A DNA stretch of 64,000 nucleotides. It comes from a virus. The position numbers were made by a program, and so were the translations under genes. Position 1 is the first letter of the stretch. Every line of letters starts with the position of its first letter. The stretch covers positions 32,001-96,000 of IMG/VR virus record IMGVR_UViG_3300050821_016647; one strand, 5' to 3'. Positions 17,649-26,181 of the stretch are shown here, in pieces. Below the pieces are notes generated by a model. The model saw only the letters and a list, made by a program, of their open reading frames with translations, did not search any database and was not told the origin of the DNA.

Positions 17649-18224
17649 TCACCCCGCCAGTAAAACGTTCGGTGCGACCCAGTAATTGTTGAAGACCTGC
17701 GTCCACCCGGCCCCTGGCGATCCGACCTGGTACACGGCCTTGAGGTGGTGCGGCATCGCCGTCACACCGGTAGGACACCAGATCCAATACTCACCGACCT
17801 GATGCCACTGACCTTGACCGGCTTGCGGCGCCTTCGACGGCATCGCCCCGTGCGTGTACCAGAAGCCGCGCGGATCGAACTTGGGAGGAATCTGCGCGCC
17901 AGCGGCGACGAGCGTCGGCGCAGCTTGAATGTTGGTCTTGTGGCCTTCAACGATCGAAAGAGACGTGTGCTCCGGAGGAGGCGACATCGCAACATCAGGG
18001 CGCATCAGTGCTCCAACACCTTCCGGCTCTTTCGCGGCTCCTTCCGACTCCTTCCCTACTCCCTCCGGTTCCTTCCCTACACCCTCCGGCTCCTTCACCG
18101 TACTCTTCGTCGGTGCCGAGGTATCCGGCCACTTCTTCCTCTCTCCCCCAGGAAGCAGACCCAGACCTCGAATGATCCCCTGAGGGAAGATGTAGTCCTT
18201 GTCGGGATTGCGATCGTCACTCAT
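17649..18224 (-). CDS. Virion protein with KEPEGVG heptad repeats and aromatic/Gly-rich C-terminus
   Basis: AAGGAG RBS, ATGA overlap; leader KDYIFPQGIIRGLG; 4 x 21-nt repeat at about 18011-18095. Confidence 0.75.
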   Translation of the reverse strand: MSDDRNPDKDYIFPQGIIRGLGLLPGGERKKWPDTSAPTKSTVKEPEGVGKEPEGVGKESEGAAKEPEGVGALMRPDVAMSPPPEHTSLSIVEGHKTNIQAAPTLVAAGAQIPPKFDPRGFWYTHGAMPSKAPQAGQGQWHQVGEYWIWCPTGVTAMPHHLKAVYQVGSPGAGWTQVFNNYWVAPNVLLAG

Positions 18225-18745
18225 CGAGCTCTCCTTCGTGGCTTCGCGCGTCGTACGCGTCTGAACCTTCGTTGCGTTCCGTGACCGATCGAAAGCGGGT
18301 TTGACTTCATTCCCGCCGGAGCAACCGCGGGTCGCATCGCCGACCATGCGATGAACCCGAGGAGTCCGAGAAGCGCAGTTCCACCGAGCACCCACGCCCA
18401 CGTGGGCACGCTCGAGGTCGCGGGAGCTGCGGCTACGGGAACCGGCGCTGTGTACGTCGGAAGAGGAAGAGTGCCAGGAAACGACGTGGGCACGATCGCC
18501 GTCGAGCCGACAGGATTGAGTCCGTCCGTCGAAGCTGGAGGCGTCACACCGGGTATCGGGATCTCCACGCCCGATACGAGCGGCGTCGTATCCGCAGTCA
18601 CAGCCGGAGCCGGCGGCGGCTCGGGCGGTGGCGTAAGTGGCGGGAGAGTGGTCGGAGCGTACATGACCCCGGCAGATACCTGGCCTAGACCTGTAGGAAC
18701 AGAGGCGCCGTTTTGGGGCGTAGCAGGCGTAGCTGTTGCTTCCAT
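18221..18745 (-). CDS. Pro/Thr-rich membrane protein with NP motif and Arg-rich tail
   Basis: TGLGQ near N-terminus; TM WAWVLGGTALLGLLGFIAW; KSNPL...RRFRRVRRAKPRRRAR. Confidence 0.8.
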   Translation of the reverse strand: MEATATPATPQNGASVPTGLGQVSAGVMYAPTTLPPLTPPPEPPPAPAVTADTTPLVSGVEIPIPGVTPPASTDGLNPVGSTAIVPTSFPGTLPLPTYTAPVPVAAAPATSSVPTWAWVLGGTALLGLLGFIAWSAMRPAVAPAGMKSNPLSIGHGTQRRFRRVRRAKPRRRAR

Positions 18746-18790
18746 GCGCCTACAGTATCAGGCACTCCCGAAGTCGTCGAGAATGGGCTT

Positions 18791-19573
18791 CTACGTCGAA
18801 GACGACGCAGGCGAAGAAGCCTCGGAAACGAGATAAATCACGCCACCGAGGACCGCAATTCCGAGCAGTCCAGCTATCACCATAGCCGTCGTAGACATTC
18901 CTGCCGGCGCTACGGATGGGGCGTAATACTGCGCCGGCTGAGGCTGTCCCGCTGCGGCCATCGTAGCGAGAATCGCCTGCGCCGACGCCGAGGAACGTGC
19001 CGTAGGCGTTGTCCCGGGAGCGGATGGGTACGTAGGGGAGTACGTCCCAGGAAGTCCCGATTGAAGCGTCGTGTTCACGACGAACGATGGCGCAGAAGAA
19101 GGAACGGGAATGACTGGCGATTCTCCTGGAGCCAACGGCTGAATTTTTCCGACTCCTGAGGGGAGACCCATGACGCCTCCGATAGCAGCACCTGATCCGA
19201 GCTTGCTCGTCTTGGACACGTAGTGCCCGCCGTGGCCCGTACTCTCGACGAAGAGTCCGTCAACGCAGATCAAGATCTCATTCTTACCCCCGGACGTGTA
19301 CTTACCAGTCTTAGCGTCGTATCCGGTGTAAACGAACTTGAAGAGGTATCCTCCATAAGTGAAATATGGAGAGACCCCGATCTGGGTCATGTAGTAGTTG
19401 AAGACCGGGCCGTAGTTGAGCGAGACGCCGTCGATGGTGACGTACGGACCGTGGCCTTGCGTTATCACTCGCAGCCAGCGCTTGCACTGGCGAGCGCCGG
19501 TCAGAACGATGCCTTCCGGCGGTGATGGATTTACGCCGAGACCTCGGACCAGCGCTGGGCTGAACGCGTGCAC
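18791..19573 (-). CDS. Membrane-anchored virion protein (Tyr/Gly-rich domain)
   Basis: GTG start MHAFSPALVRGLG just after the upstream stop; YFTYGG motif shared with 19582..20922; C-terminal TM. Confidence 0.7.
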   Translation of the reverse strand: MHAFSPALVRGLGVNPSPPEGIVLTGARQCKRWLRVITQGHGPYVTIDGVSLNYGPVFNYYMTQIGVSPYFTYGGYLFKFVYTGYDAKTGKYTSGGKNEILICVDGLFVESTGHGGHYVSKTSKLGSGAAIGGVMGLPSGVGKIQPLAPGESPVIPVPSSAPSFVVNTTLQSGLPGTYSPTYPSAPGTTPTARSSASAQAILATMAAAGQPQPAQYYAPSVAPAGMSTTAMVIAGLLGIAVLGGVIYLVSEASSPASSST

Positions 19574-19581
19574 GATCTGCT

Positions 19582-20922
19582 CTAATCGAGCAAATAGTAC
19601 GCGCCCACACCCGCACCACCGACGAGCAAGAGCGCCCAGAGCCACGCGTACGACGTCGTCGCAGCGGCGTACGGGATGAAGACCCAGTACGCGGGCCCGG
19701 TGTTGATCCACTGTCCCGTGATGCCGGCGGCTGCGAGTTGCGCAGGGACCTGCGTCGGCCTCGGAAGGGTCGGGCCACCGATCCCCAGAAGTTGGTTCAC
19801 GTTGCTGACCACGTAGTACGTGTTGACGATGGCAAGCGAATACGCCGGCATCGGGTACCACTGCCAGAAGTGCGGGCGAACCATGCACCACGCGCCAGGC
19901 AAAGAAACCCCGGGCGGAGGTGCCGTCGGTCGCGCAACCCCCGTGCTGTTGTACACCCACGCGAACTGCCCCAGTCCGGCAGCGGTCTGGAATACGGGGA
20001 TTCCCGGTTGAGGCGCCGTAGGCGGAAGCACCATGGCCAAGAACTGCGCGCTGAGCACCGCCTGGTGAACGGAAGGAATCCCGCTCGCGGAGTAGACGAG
20101 CGCGACAGGAGTCAGAGCACCAGCAACCACAGGCGCAGTCTGCACAACCGTGACCGCACCAACGGTGCACTGCTGGATCGGACCGTTCGTCAGCGTAGGG
20201 TTGTAGCGGAAGTGCGACCCGCCGTACGTGAAGTAGATCCAGCCATCGGATGCCGTCGATACGCCGCCGACCGCCAGTCGCGAAGACAGCGCAGGAGCCA
20301 CCTGAAGAAAGAGCGCGCTCGTCGAGGACAGACCCTTCCAGCCCGAACCGGCTGGGCAAGCAAACGGATTCGTCAGCGTCACCTGCCCGAGACCGGTCGG
20401 CTTGCGACCGACACCGACGATATCCGCTGCCCCGTCCGCAAAAGCGCCGACACCGGTCGGCAGTCCGTTGATGCCTTGGAAGTGCGAAGGCGGGTTGTAG
20501 TGCGTTCCGTGCGGGAAAAGCTCCTCTCCGCCGGCCAGCAGCTCCGCTGCCTCCCCAGACGACCCTGCGGCTGGACCGAGTCTGCCGCCCCCCTCTCCGC
20601 CCACATTTGTCGCCGACCCAGAAGATGTACCTCCTGCACCCATGTTGCCGTGAGGACCCTCACTGCCTCGCGGCTCAGGGGTCAAGTTGTACCCTCCGCG
20701 ATTGACCTCGTGCCATCCGCTTGGCTGCCCTACGCCCGCCGGCATTCCGGCGACGCCGTGAAAGTGCTCGGGGACCTTGTACACGGCACCTTTCGCGTCA
20801 GGCCGGACCAGTGTTAGGCCAAGTCCGGTAATCGGCATCGCGAACGCTCGGTCTCGAGCAGGACTCGCAGGATTCCGTCCGAGTCCAAGGTGACGAACGT
20901 CGAAGGCGCAATCCTGGGTCAT
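19582..20922 (-). CDS. Modular membrane-anchored virion protein
   Basis: 7 G[LV]G motifs; CPAGSGW and YFTYGG motifs; C-terminus TSYAWLWALLLVGGAGVGAYYLLD. Confidence 0.8.
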   Translation of the reverse strand: MTQDCAFDVRHLGLGRNPASPARDRAFAMPITGLGLTLVRPDAKGAVYKVPEHFHGVAGMPAGVGQPSGWHEVNRGGYNLTPEPRGSEGPHGNMGAGGTSSGSATNVGGEGGGRLGPAAGSSGEAAELLAGGEELFPHGTHYNPPSHFQGINGLPTGVGAFADGAADIVGVGRKPTGLGQVTLTNPFACPAGSGWKGLSSTSALFLQVAPALSSRLAVGGVSTASDGWIYFTYGGSHFRYNPTLTNGPIQQCTVGAVTVVQTAPVVAGALTPVALVYSASGIPSVHQAVLSAQFLAMVLPPTAPQPGIPVFQTAAGLGQFAWVYNSTGVARPTAPPPGVSLPGAWCMVRPHFWQWYPMPAYSLAIVNTYYVVSNVNQLLGIGGPTLPRPTQVPAQLAAAGITGQWINTGPAYWVFIPYAAATTSYAWLWALLLVGGAGVGAYYLLD

Positions 20923-20996
20923 GGTCGATCTCTCCTACCTTGTCGTCTGTCTCGACAGGGTAAACTAGCCGAGCGGGTACCGCAACTCTGCGTTTT

Positions 20997-21551
20997 TCAG
21001 TCGATCAGATAGTAGCCAGCGGCCCCAGCCGCTCCGAGCCCGAGTAGCACCCAAAGCCAGGTATACGACGTTGGCGCAGCAGTGACGGGCATCGCGCCTT
21101 GAGAGGTGAGCGTCACAAGCGCCGGATTGAACGTCATGGGCGCCCCGGCGACCACGATGGGCGCCGAGCCTCCGCTCTGATGAGCCGCGACAGAGCTCTT
21201 GCTCGCGCAGACGCTCACGCTACCGAAGCCGGGCGAGAACATGATCGGCAAGCCTGACGACAACTTGAAGTAGAAGTTGCCGTCTGCGGCAGCTCGCGAC
21301 GGATACAAGGAAGCCCAGTTTCTTATCCACTTGACGAGAGCGCCGGTGAGCTCGGGCACCTTCGGCGACGATGGGCTCGGAGGGTACGCGTTCACCCAAG
21401 AATAGCCCGCCGGACAGGAAATAGGCTTCGCCGACCAGTTCGGAGGCGTGAGTCCCAGCCCCCTCGGTCGAAGACGCGCTGAAAACGCGCGGTCGCTCGG
21501 GGCCGGCACGCGACCGAAACCTTGAATCGGAAAAGCGTAGTCCTTGGACAT
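20997..21551 (-). CDS. Short paralogue of 19582..20922
   Basis: Start MSKDYAF; double leader; CPAGYSW; C-terminus TSYTWLWVLLGLGAAGAAGYYLID. Confidence 0.8.
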   Translation of the reverse strand: MSKDYAFPIQGFGRVPAPSDRAFSARLRPRGLGLTPPNWSAKPISCPAGYSWVNAYPPSPSSPKVPELTGALVKWIRNWASLYPSRAAADGNFYFKLSSGLPIMFSPGFGSVSVCASKSSVAAHQSGGSAPIVVAGAPMTFNPALVTLTSQGAMPVTAAPTSYTWLWVLLGLGAAGAAGYYLID

Positions 21552-21553
21552 GG

Positions 21554-21838
21554 TCACTCCGTAGCAAAGTAGATGAGGGCCCCGATCACTGCAACTCCGA
21601 CGGCTCCGGCAATCACGTAAGGAACCAACGACGGTGCTGCCGCAGCCGACGCCGTTCCCGGCGCGGTCACTGCAAGACCCTGATCCAGACTCGCTTGCGC
21701 CGCGACGACTCTCGCTTGAGCCGCTTGAATAGCGGTCGTGTTTCCGCTCGCAGCAGCTTGTGCCAGCGCCGTCTGCGAATTTTGCCACTCGGTAAATTGC
21801 GCCGTCAGCTGCGCTTGAGTCTGTCCGAGGCCGCTCAT
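21554..21838 (-). CDS. Small helical membrane-anchored protein
   Basis: MSGLGQ start, Q/A-rich helix, C-terminal TM. Confidence 0.8.
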   Translation of the reverse strand: MSGLGQTQAQLTAQFTEWQNSQTALAQAAASGNTTAIQAAQARVVAAQASLDQGLAVTAPGTASAAAAPSLVPYVIAGAVGVAVIGALIYFATE

Positions 21839-23310
21839 CTTCGAAGCAACCTTCCAGCTCGAGCAAGACCAAGCTTCGTCGTTTCGACGGGGGACGTATT
21901 CGTCGCCGCCGAGTACGCCAGAATGGCAAAAGCCAAGGTGCCTGCGGCGCCTGCTGCTACCGCGCCGACCTTGCTAGCCGTCGTGAGGGTCGGGGCAGCA
22001 GCAACCGTCACAGACTGTGTTGGTGCAGTCGTCCAGTCTTCGGGACCCGTCCACACGGCTCCATTCGCCATGGCGCGAGCCATAGCGGAATAGTCCGCAA
22101 TCAGCTGATGGAGCGTGGCCTGAGCTTGCGTGGTCGACCAGCCAACACCTTGAAGAGTATGACCAGGATACCCGAGCTCGAATTTCTGCCCCCCATTCGG
22201 CTGACTCGAACCGAACGTTGTTCCGTTCTTGTTGAGGATGTACGCCTGAATCGACAGCTCGGCGACGATGGCCATAGGCGAAGCGCCGCAGCTCAACATG
22301 CCAAGCACGGTCGCGACGGCATTCATTCCGTCAGGGTTGAAGTAAATAGTCTGCCCACTCGTAGGTCCGTTCCCCGGAGCGGCTGTGCCGTAGAGCGATG
22401 TTCCGAAGTAAAGAGGGTCCGGCCGTCGCTGCTGCGCTCGCTGAACGATGAGCGCCTGGGTCAGCGTGTCACTCACCCCTTGCGTGGACTGAATCCACTT
22501 GTTTTGTAGGGCCGTTGCGCTTCCACCGGGCCCACCCGATCCGAAATAAAGATCGAGCGTGCAGTCCACCAGTCCTCCCGGACCTGTGTTCGTCGGCGTC
22601 GACCAGTTCCACCATACCGGTGTACAGAGCGGCTGCTCTTTCCCTTTTTTCCCAGTCACCGTATTCAGGACGGAATTGAGTGACGCCGATCGCGTATTCT
22701 GGCTTAGAAACGTTGGGCCGTAGCTCGGCAGTATTTGGTAAAACGGATTGGTGGCCCAAGCTCCATAGAGCAGATTCCTCCACGTTGACTCGCGCTTCGA
22801 AGTCGAAGGTGGATAAACGGACGCACACCAATCGGCCATCGCCCACCCCTGTGGGTTGTCCGACATGAGTGCTCGTTTCGAATTTGCGTAAGCAATCACA
22901 CGCTCGGTGATGACCTCGGTAGCCTGACTCACGCCGCCGACGGCAGTAACGCCCTGAAATGTCCCGAGGCTCGCAAGCCCTTCAACTAGACCCGCCACAG
23001 CGCCGACCGCAGCACCGTACGGACCTGCGATAGCTGCCCCTTGCATAGCACCGCTGAGAACGTCGGCCGCCATCGTCGCGACCTGCTGGTACTGCGCACC
23101 GCCGATACTCGTGATGAAAGAGATGCCAGCCTCGGCGAGCGTCATGAGCCCGTCGGAGGTTCCGCTTTGAATCGCGTTGACGAGATTCTGACCGTGCGTA
23201 ATTGCGTCCGACGCACTCGACGGGATATTTGCGAGCTGCGTCGCTGGATCGTTGAGGTGGGAGACTAGCGCCGAAGCGGACGAGAATTGGCCTAGCCCTC
23301 GAGCGCGCAT
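21835..23310 (-). CDS. Large virion protein with Gly-zipper segment, candidate DNA-delivery/membrane-penetration protein
   Basis: MRARGLGQ start; GAAIAGPYGAAVGAVAG; C-terminal hydrophobic helix. Confidence 0.6.
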   Translation of the reverse strand: MRARGLGQFSSASALVSHLNDPATQLANIPSSASDAITHGQNLVNAIQSGTSDGLMTLAEAGISFITSIGGAQYQQVATMAADVLSGAMQGAAIAGPYGAAVGAVAGLVEGLASLGTFQGVTAVGGVSQATEVITERVIAYANSKRALMSDNPQGWAMADWCASVYPPSTSKRESTWRNLLYGAWATNPFYQILPSYGPTFLSQNTRSASLNSVLNTVTGKKGKEQPLCTPVWWNWSTPTNTGPGGLVDCTLDLYFGSGGPGGSATALQNKWIQSTQGVSDTLTQALIVQRAQQRRPDPLYFGTSLYGTAAPGNGPTSGQTIYFNPDGMNAVATVLGMLSCGASPMAIVAELSIQAYILNKNGTTFGSSQPNGGQKFELGYPGHTLQGVGWSTTQAQATLHQLIADYSAMARAMANGAVWTGPEDWTTAPTQSVTVAAAPTLTTASKVGAVAAGAAGTLAFAILAYSAATNTSPVETTKLGLARAGRLLRR

Positions 23311-23358
23311 GCGCCCAGCCTACATCGGTCCACTCTGGAGCGCTACGAAACGCTACGT

Positions 23359-25065
23359 TCAGCCCCAGAGCGGGCCGGACGGGACCGGGATTGTCGGCTT
23401 TTTCGGAGCCGGCGGCGGAACAGGAGCGGGTCTCGGAGGCGGCGCTGCTTGCACCGGCGCTGCTTGCGGAGGAGGAGGCTGCGGAGCTTGCGGAGGCTGC
23501 GGCTGCGGAGGAAGCACCGGAACCTGAGGGTTCTGCGCGCGCGACACCGCGTTGGCAAGTTCGATTCTCTGCTTCACCGCGTTGTTGGTCAGTGCCGCCT
23601 GATGGTCGACGATCTTTCGGTACTGGTCGACGCCCTTGGTCACGAACTCGGAAATTTTCGGAAGTGCCCCCACGAGCGTCGGCGCCCATGCGACCTTTCC
23701 CGTCGCGCGATCGAGCGCCATGGAGATACCACCCACGTCCTGAGTTAGCATTGCCGGTGGCACCTGCGGCACATCCTGAGGCCCATCGTCGATCTCATCA
23801 TCGACTGTCGCTGGCTGCGGAGCGAAGCCTGCGAACATGTCCTGCACAGTCTTCATCCCGGACATGGCCTCTTGAAGCATCGAAACCGTGCCCTTGATCT
23901 GCGCTCCGAACGACGGTTGCGGAGCCGGCGGCGGAGCCTGAACGATGACCTGCGCGGGCTGCGCAGGCGCGGCCGGCGCCGCAACGGCAACAGGCACTTG
24001 CCCCACTCCGACAGGACCGACAGGATACGCAGCCATCGGCGGTGCCGGCATCATGCCTCCAGGCACACGCACGTAACCGGGTGGGACGGGATACTGCTCA
24101 GACGGAAGAGAGATGAAACCCGCCGGAGGCTGTGGCTTCTTCATCTCGGCGACCATTTCCTTGAGCGTCGCCATCGTTGCGGCGTTCTGCGCCTGCATCA
24201 TCTCGAACAGCGCACGATTCGCGTCGAACCCGCCGGAGGCGGGTGCGGGCGGGGGCGGCATGTAAATGGGCTGCGGAGCCGGTACGGGTGCAGGAGATTG
24301 CGGCGGAGCTGCCTGCTGCTGCTGCGGCTGCTGCGGAGGAGACACCACGATGACCTGCGGTGACTGCTGCTGCGGTTGAGGCTGTTGTGGCCACGGGTAC
24401 CCAGGAGAAGCGGGCCAACCCTGACCTCCTCCGCTACCTCCACCGGCACCTCCTCCAGGATACGCGTACTGAGGTTGCTGCGGTTGCTGTTGCTGTTGCT
24501 GAGGTGCCGGAGGATTGATCACTTGCACGGGAGACGGCGCGGTTTTATCCGGCATGAACAACTTTGCCGTACCGCGTTCCGCACCTGAGCTCGATCGGAA
24601 CGAGATCTTGTATGTCGCCGGACCGCTCATGCCATGTTGACTGGCAACGTAGTTGTACAGATCGATCGAGTTCCTGACGTTCGCACCGAGCACCGGTTGA
24701 AATTGCGCTCTCGGTCCAGGGTCCTCTCGAGAGACCAGAATGATCATCGATCCCCATTCCTGAGAGAACGGGATGATGAGATTGTCGATGAGCTCGAGAG
24801 CTTCCTCGGCATTCCAAGAAACGCTTTTGCCGAGTGCTTTGTCCCGGAGCTTGGCTGCGTTACGCTTGTTCTTTCGCGCGGAGTCCACAGTCAAAGCTCC
24901 TATCGCACGAGCTTGTTCCTCGGAAACTTCCCCTTCCATGGTGGGGGTCCCGTCCGGGTTCGTGGGAACCGCGGCCGGCAGCGTAACCCGGGTCACGTCG
25001 CTCATGTCGACGTCGGCGTCTTCGGGGGTCACTTCGGAACGTCGAGCTACTCGGTGACGAGCCAT
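23359..25065 (-). CDS. Pro/Gln-rich low-complexity protein (scaffold-like)
   Basis: 568 aa; poly-Q and poly-P tracts between small folded segments; GVGQ motif. Confidence 0.75.
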   Translation of the reverse strand: MARHRVARRSEVTPEDADVDMSDVTRVTLPAAVPTNPDGTPTMEGEVSEEQARAIGALTVDSARKNKRNAAKLRDKALGKSVSWNAEEALELIDNLIIPFSQEWGSMIILVSREDPGPRAQFQPVLGANVRNSIDLYNYVASQHGMSGPATYKISFRSSSGAERGTAKLFMPDKTAPSPVQVINPPAPQQQQQQPQQPQYAYPGGGAGGGSGGGQGWPASPGYPWPQQPQPQQQSPQVIVVSPPQQPQQQQAAPPQSPAPVPAPQPIYMPPPPAPASGGFDANRALFEMMQAQNAATMATLKEMVAEMKKPQPPAGFISLPSEQYPVPPGYVRVPGGMMPAPPMAAYPVGPVGVGQVPVAVAAPAAPAQPAQVIVQAPPPAPQPSFGAQIKGTVSMLQEAMSGMKTVQDMFAGFAPQPATVDDEIDDGPQDVPQVPPAMLTQDVGGISMALDRATGKVAWAPTLVGALPKISEFVTKGVDQYRKIVDHQAALTNNAVKQRIELANAVSRAQNPQVPVLPPQPQPPQAPQPPPPQAAPVQAAPPPRPAPVPPPAPKKPTIPVPSGPLWG

Positions 25066-25086
25066 GGTGTTCTCCTACTTCCTCGT

Positions 25087-25410
25087 TCAGGCGATAGCGA
25101 CCGGATCAGCGACGATCTTGCACATCAATCCGGCCGCAAGCTGGTGTGTATAAAGGTCCCTGAAAGGAGCGGCCTGATCCGTTCCCGCCGGGAAGTTCGC
25201 GATGTAGGCGGCCGTGTTGATGTCGAAGACGAGCGTCCGTGTTGCCGTGGCACCACCAAGCGAGGTCGTGTCCGAGGTCAACGTACATCCCGTGATCGTC
25301 TGGATCGGCGCTGGGTCGAGTACGACAGCCGTCATCGCTGCCTCGAGCTCGTCAGGAGTGACAGGACCCTGCGCCGTCGCGTGATAGACGAGGGTCGCGG
25401 TAAGGCTCAC
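25087..25410 (-). CDS. Hypothetical protein
   Basis: 107 aa, ATGA-coupled. Confidence 0.65.
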   Translation of the reverse strand: MSLTATLVYHATAQGPVTPDELEAAMTAVVLDPAPIQTITGCTLTSDTTSLGGATATRTLVFDINTAAYIANFPAGTDQAAPFRDLYTHQLAAGLMCKIVADPVAIA

Positions 25411-25922
25411 GACTGCCCCGCCGTCGGCGCGCCATTCGCCGCTGGAGACGTGCCAGTGTCCGGCTCGAGATCATCGTCGTCGTCGTCATCATCGTCGTCG
25501 GGCGTGTTGGCTTCTTCCAACATCGCCTGCCAAACGTTGAACTTCGCGATAGTCAGCGTCCGCTGAACGGTGTGAGGGTAGTGCGTGATGATCACCGCGG
25601 TCTGCTGGCGTTCGAACTCGCTACCTGGAACAGGGACAGCATAGACGTCGACAGACGCGTCCTCGTTCGGGATCATGTCGACGATTCGAAGCGCCTGATG
25701 CCCCGCCGTCCCCTCGATCTCCTTGCCGTACGTGGCTGGGTTGTTCGGGTCCGTTCCACGGCTCAGTGTGGTCTCCGACCCGGGTACGAATCCACCGAGC
25801 TGCCACATCTCGCCGTTGACGAGCGCAACAGTAAAGAGCTTCGGTGGCGGGCTCATCGGGTCGGGCTGAGCTCCTGCCTGAGTAGGCTGACCGTTGGGCT
25901 GCTGAACGATGGGTTGGGTCAT
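25407..25922 (-). CDS. Hypothetical protein with poly-Asp tail
   Basis: 171 aa, ATGA-coupled, DDDDDDDDD near C-terminus. Confidence 0.7.
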   Translation of the reverse strand: MTQPIVQQPNGQPTQAGAQPDPMSPPPKLFTVALVNGEMWQLGGFVPGSETTLSRGTDPNNPATYGKEIEGTAGHQALRIVDMIPNEDASVDVYAVPVPGSEFERQQTAVIITHYPHTVQRTLTIAKFNVWQAMLEEANTPDDDDDDDDDDLEPDTGTSPAANGAPTAGQS

Positions 25923-26173
25923 GAACGTGCTCCTTTGACCGGCTTGTCGCCGACGAAATCTTCGCGTTTGTACACTCGACCGCCAACGGCGGTGAAGATG
26001 TTTTGCATGAACGTCAGACCTTGCTGGCTAACAGCGAAGTCGGCCAGCGCTTCGCCGATGTTGTGCGAGAGCGTGAGAGACGCTCTCAAGTCACCCGCTG
26101 GAAGAATCTCCAGCGCCGCCGAGACGAGCTCTTTGGACTGAGCAGTACATTGCTGACGAGCTCGCTTCTTCAT
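25919..26173 (-). CDS. Small helical hypothetical protein
   Basis: AGGAG RBS before MKKRARQQ at 26173. Confidence 0.65.
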   Translation of the reverse strand: MKKRARQQCTAQSKELVSAALEILPAGDLRASLTLSHNIGEALADFAVSQQGLTFMQNIFTAVGGRVYKREDFVGDKPVKGARS

Positions 26174-26181
26174 CGACTCTC

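Noticed and set aside
23359-25065. Tape-measure or terminase/portal identity for the large structural ORFs
   Set aside because: Pro/Gln low complexity, no Walker motifs, no periodic Trp/Phe helical repeats
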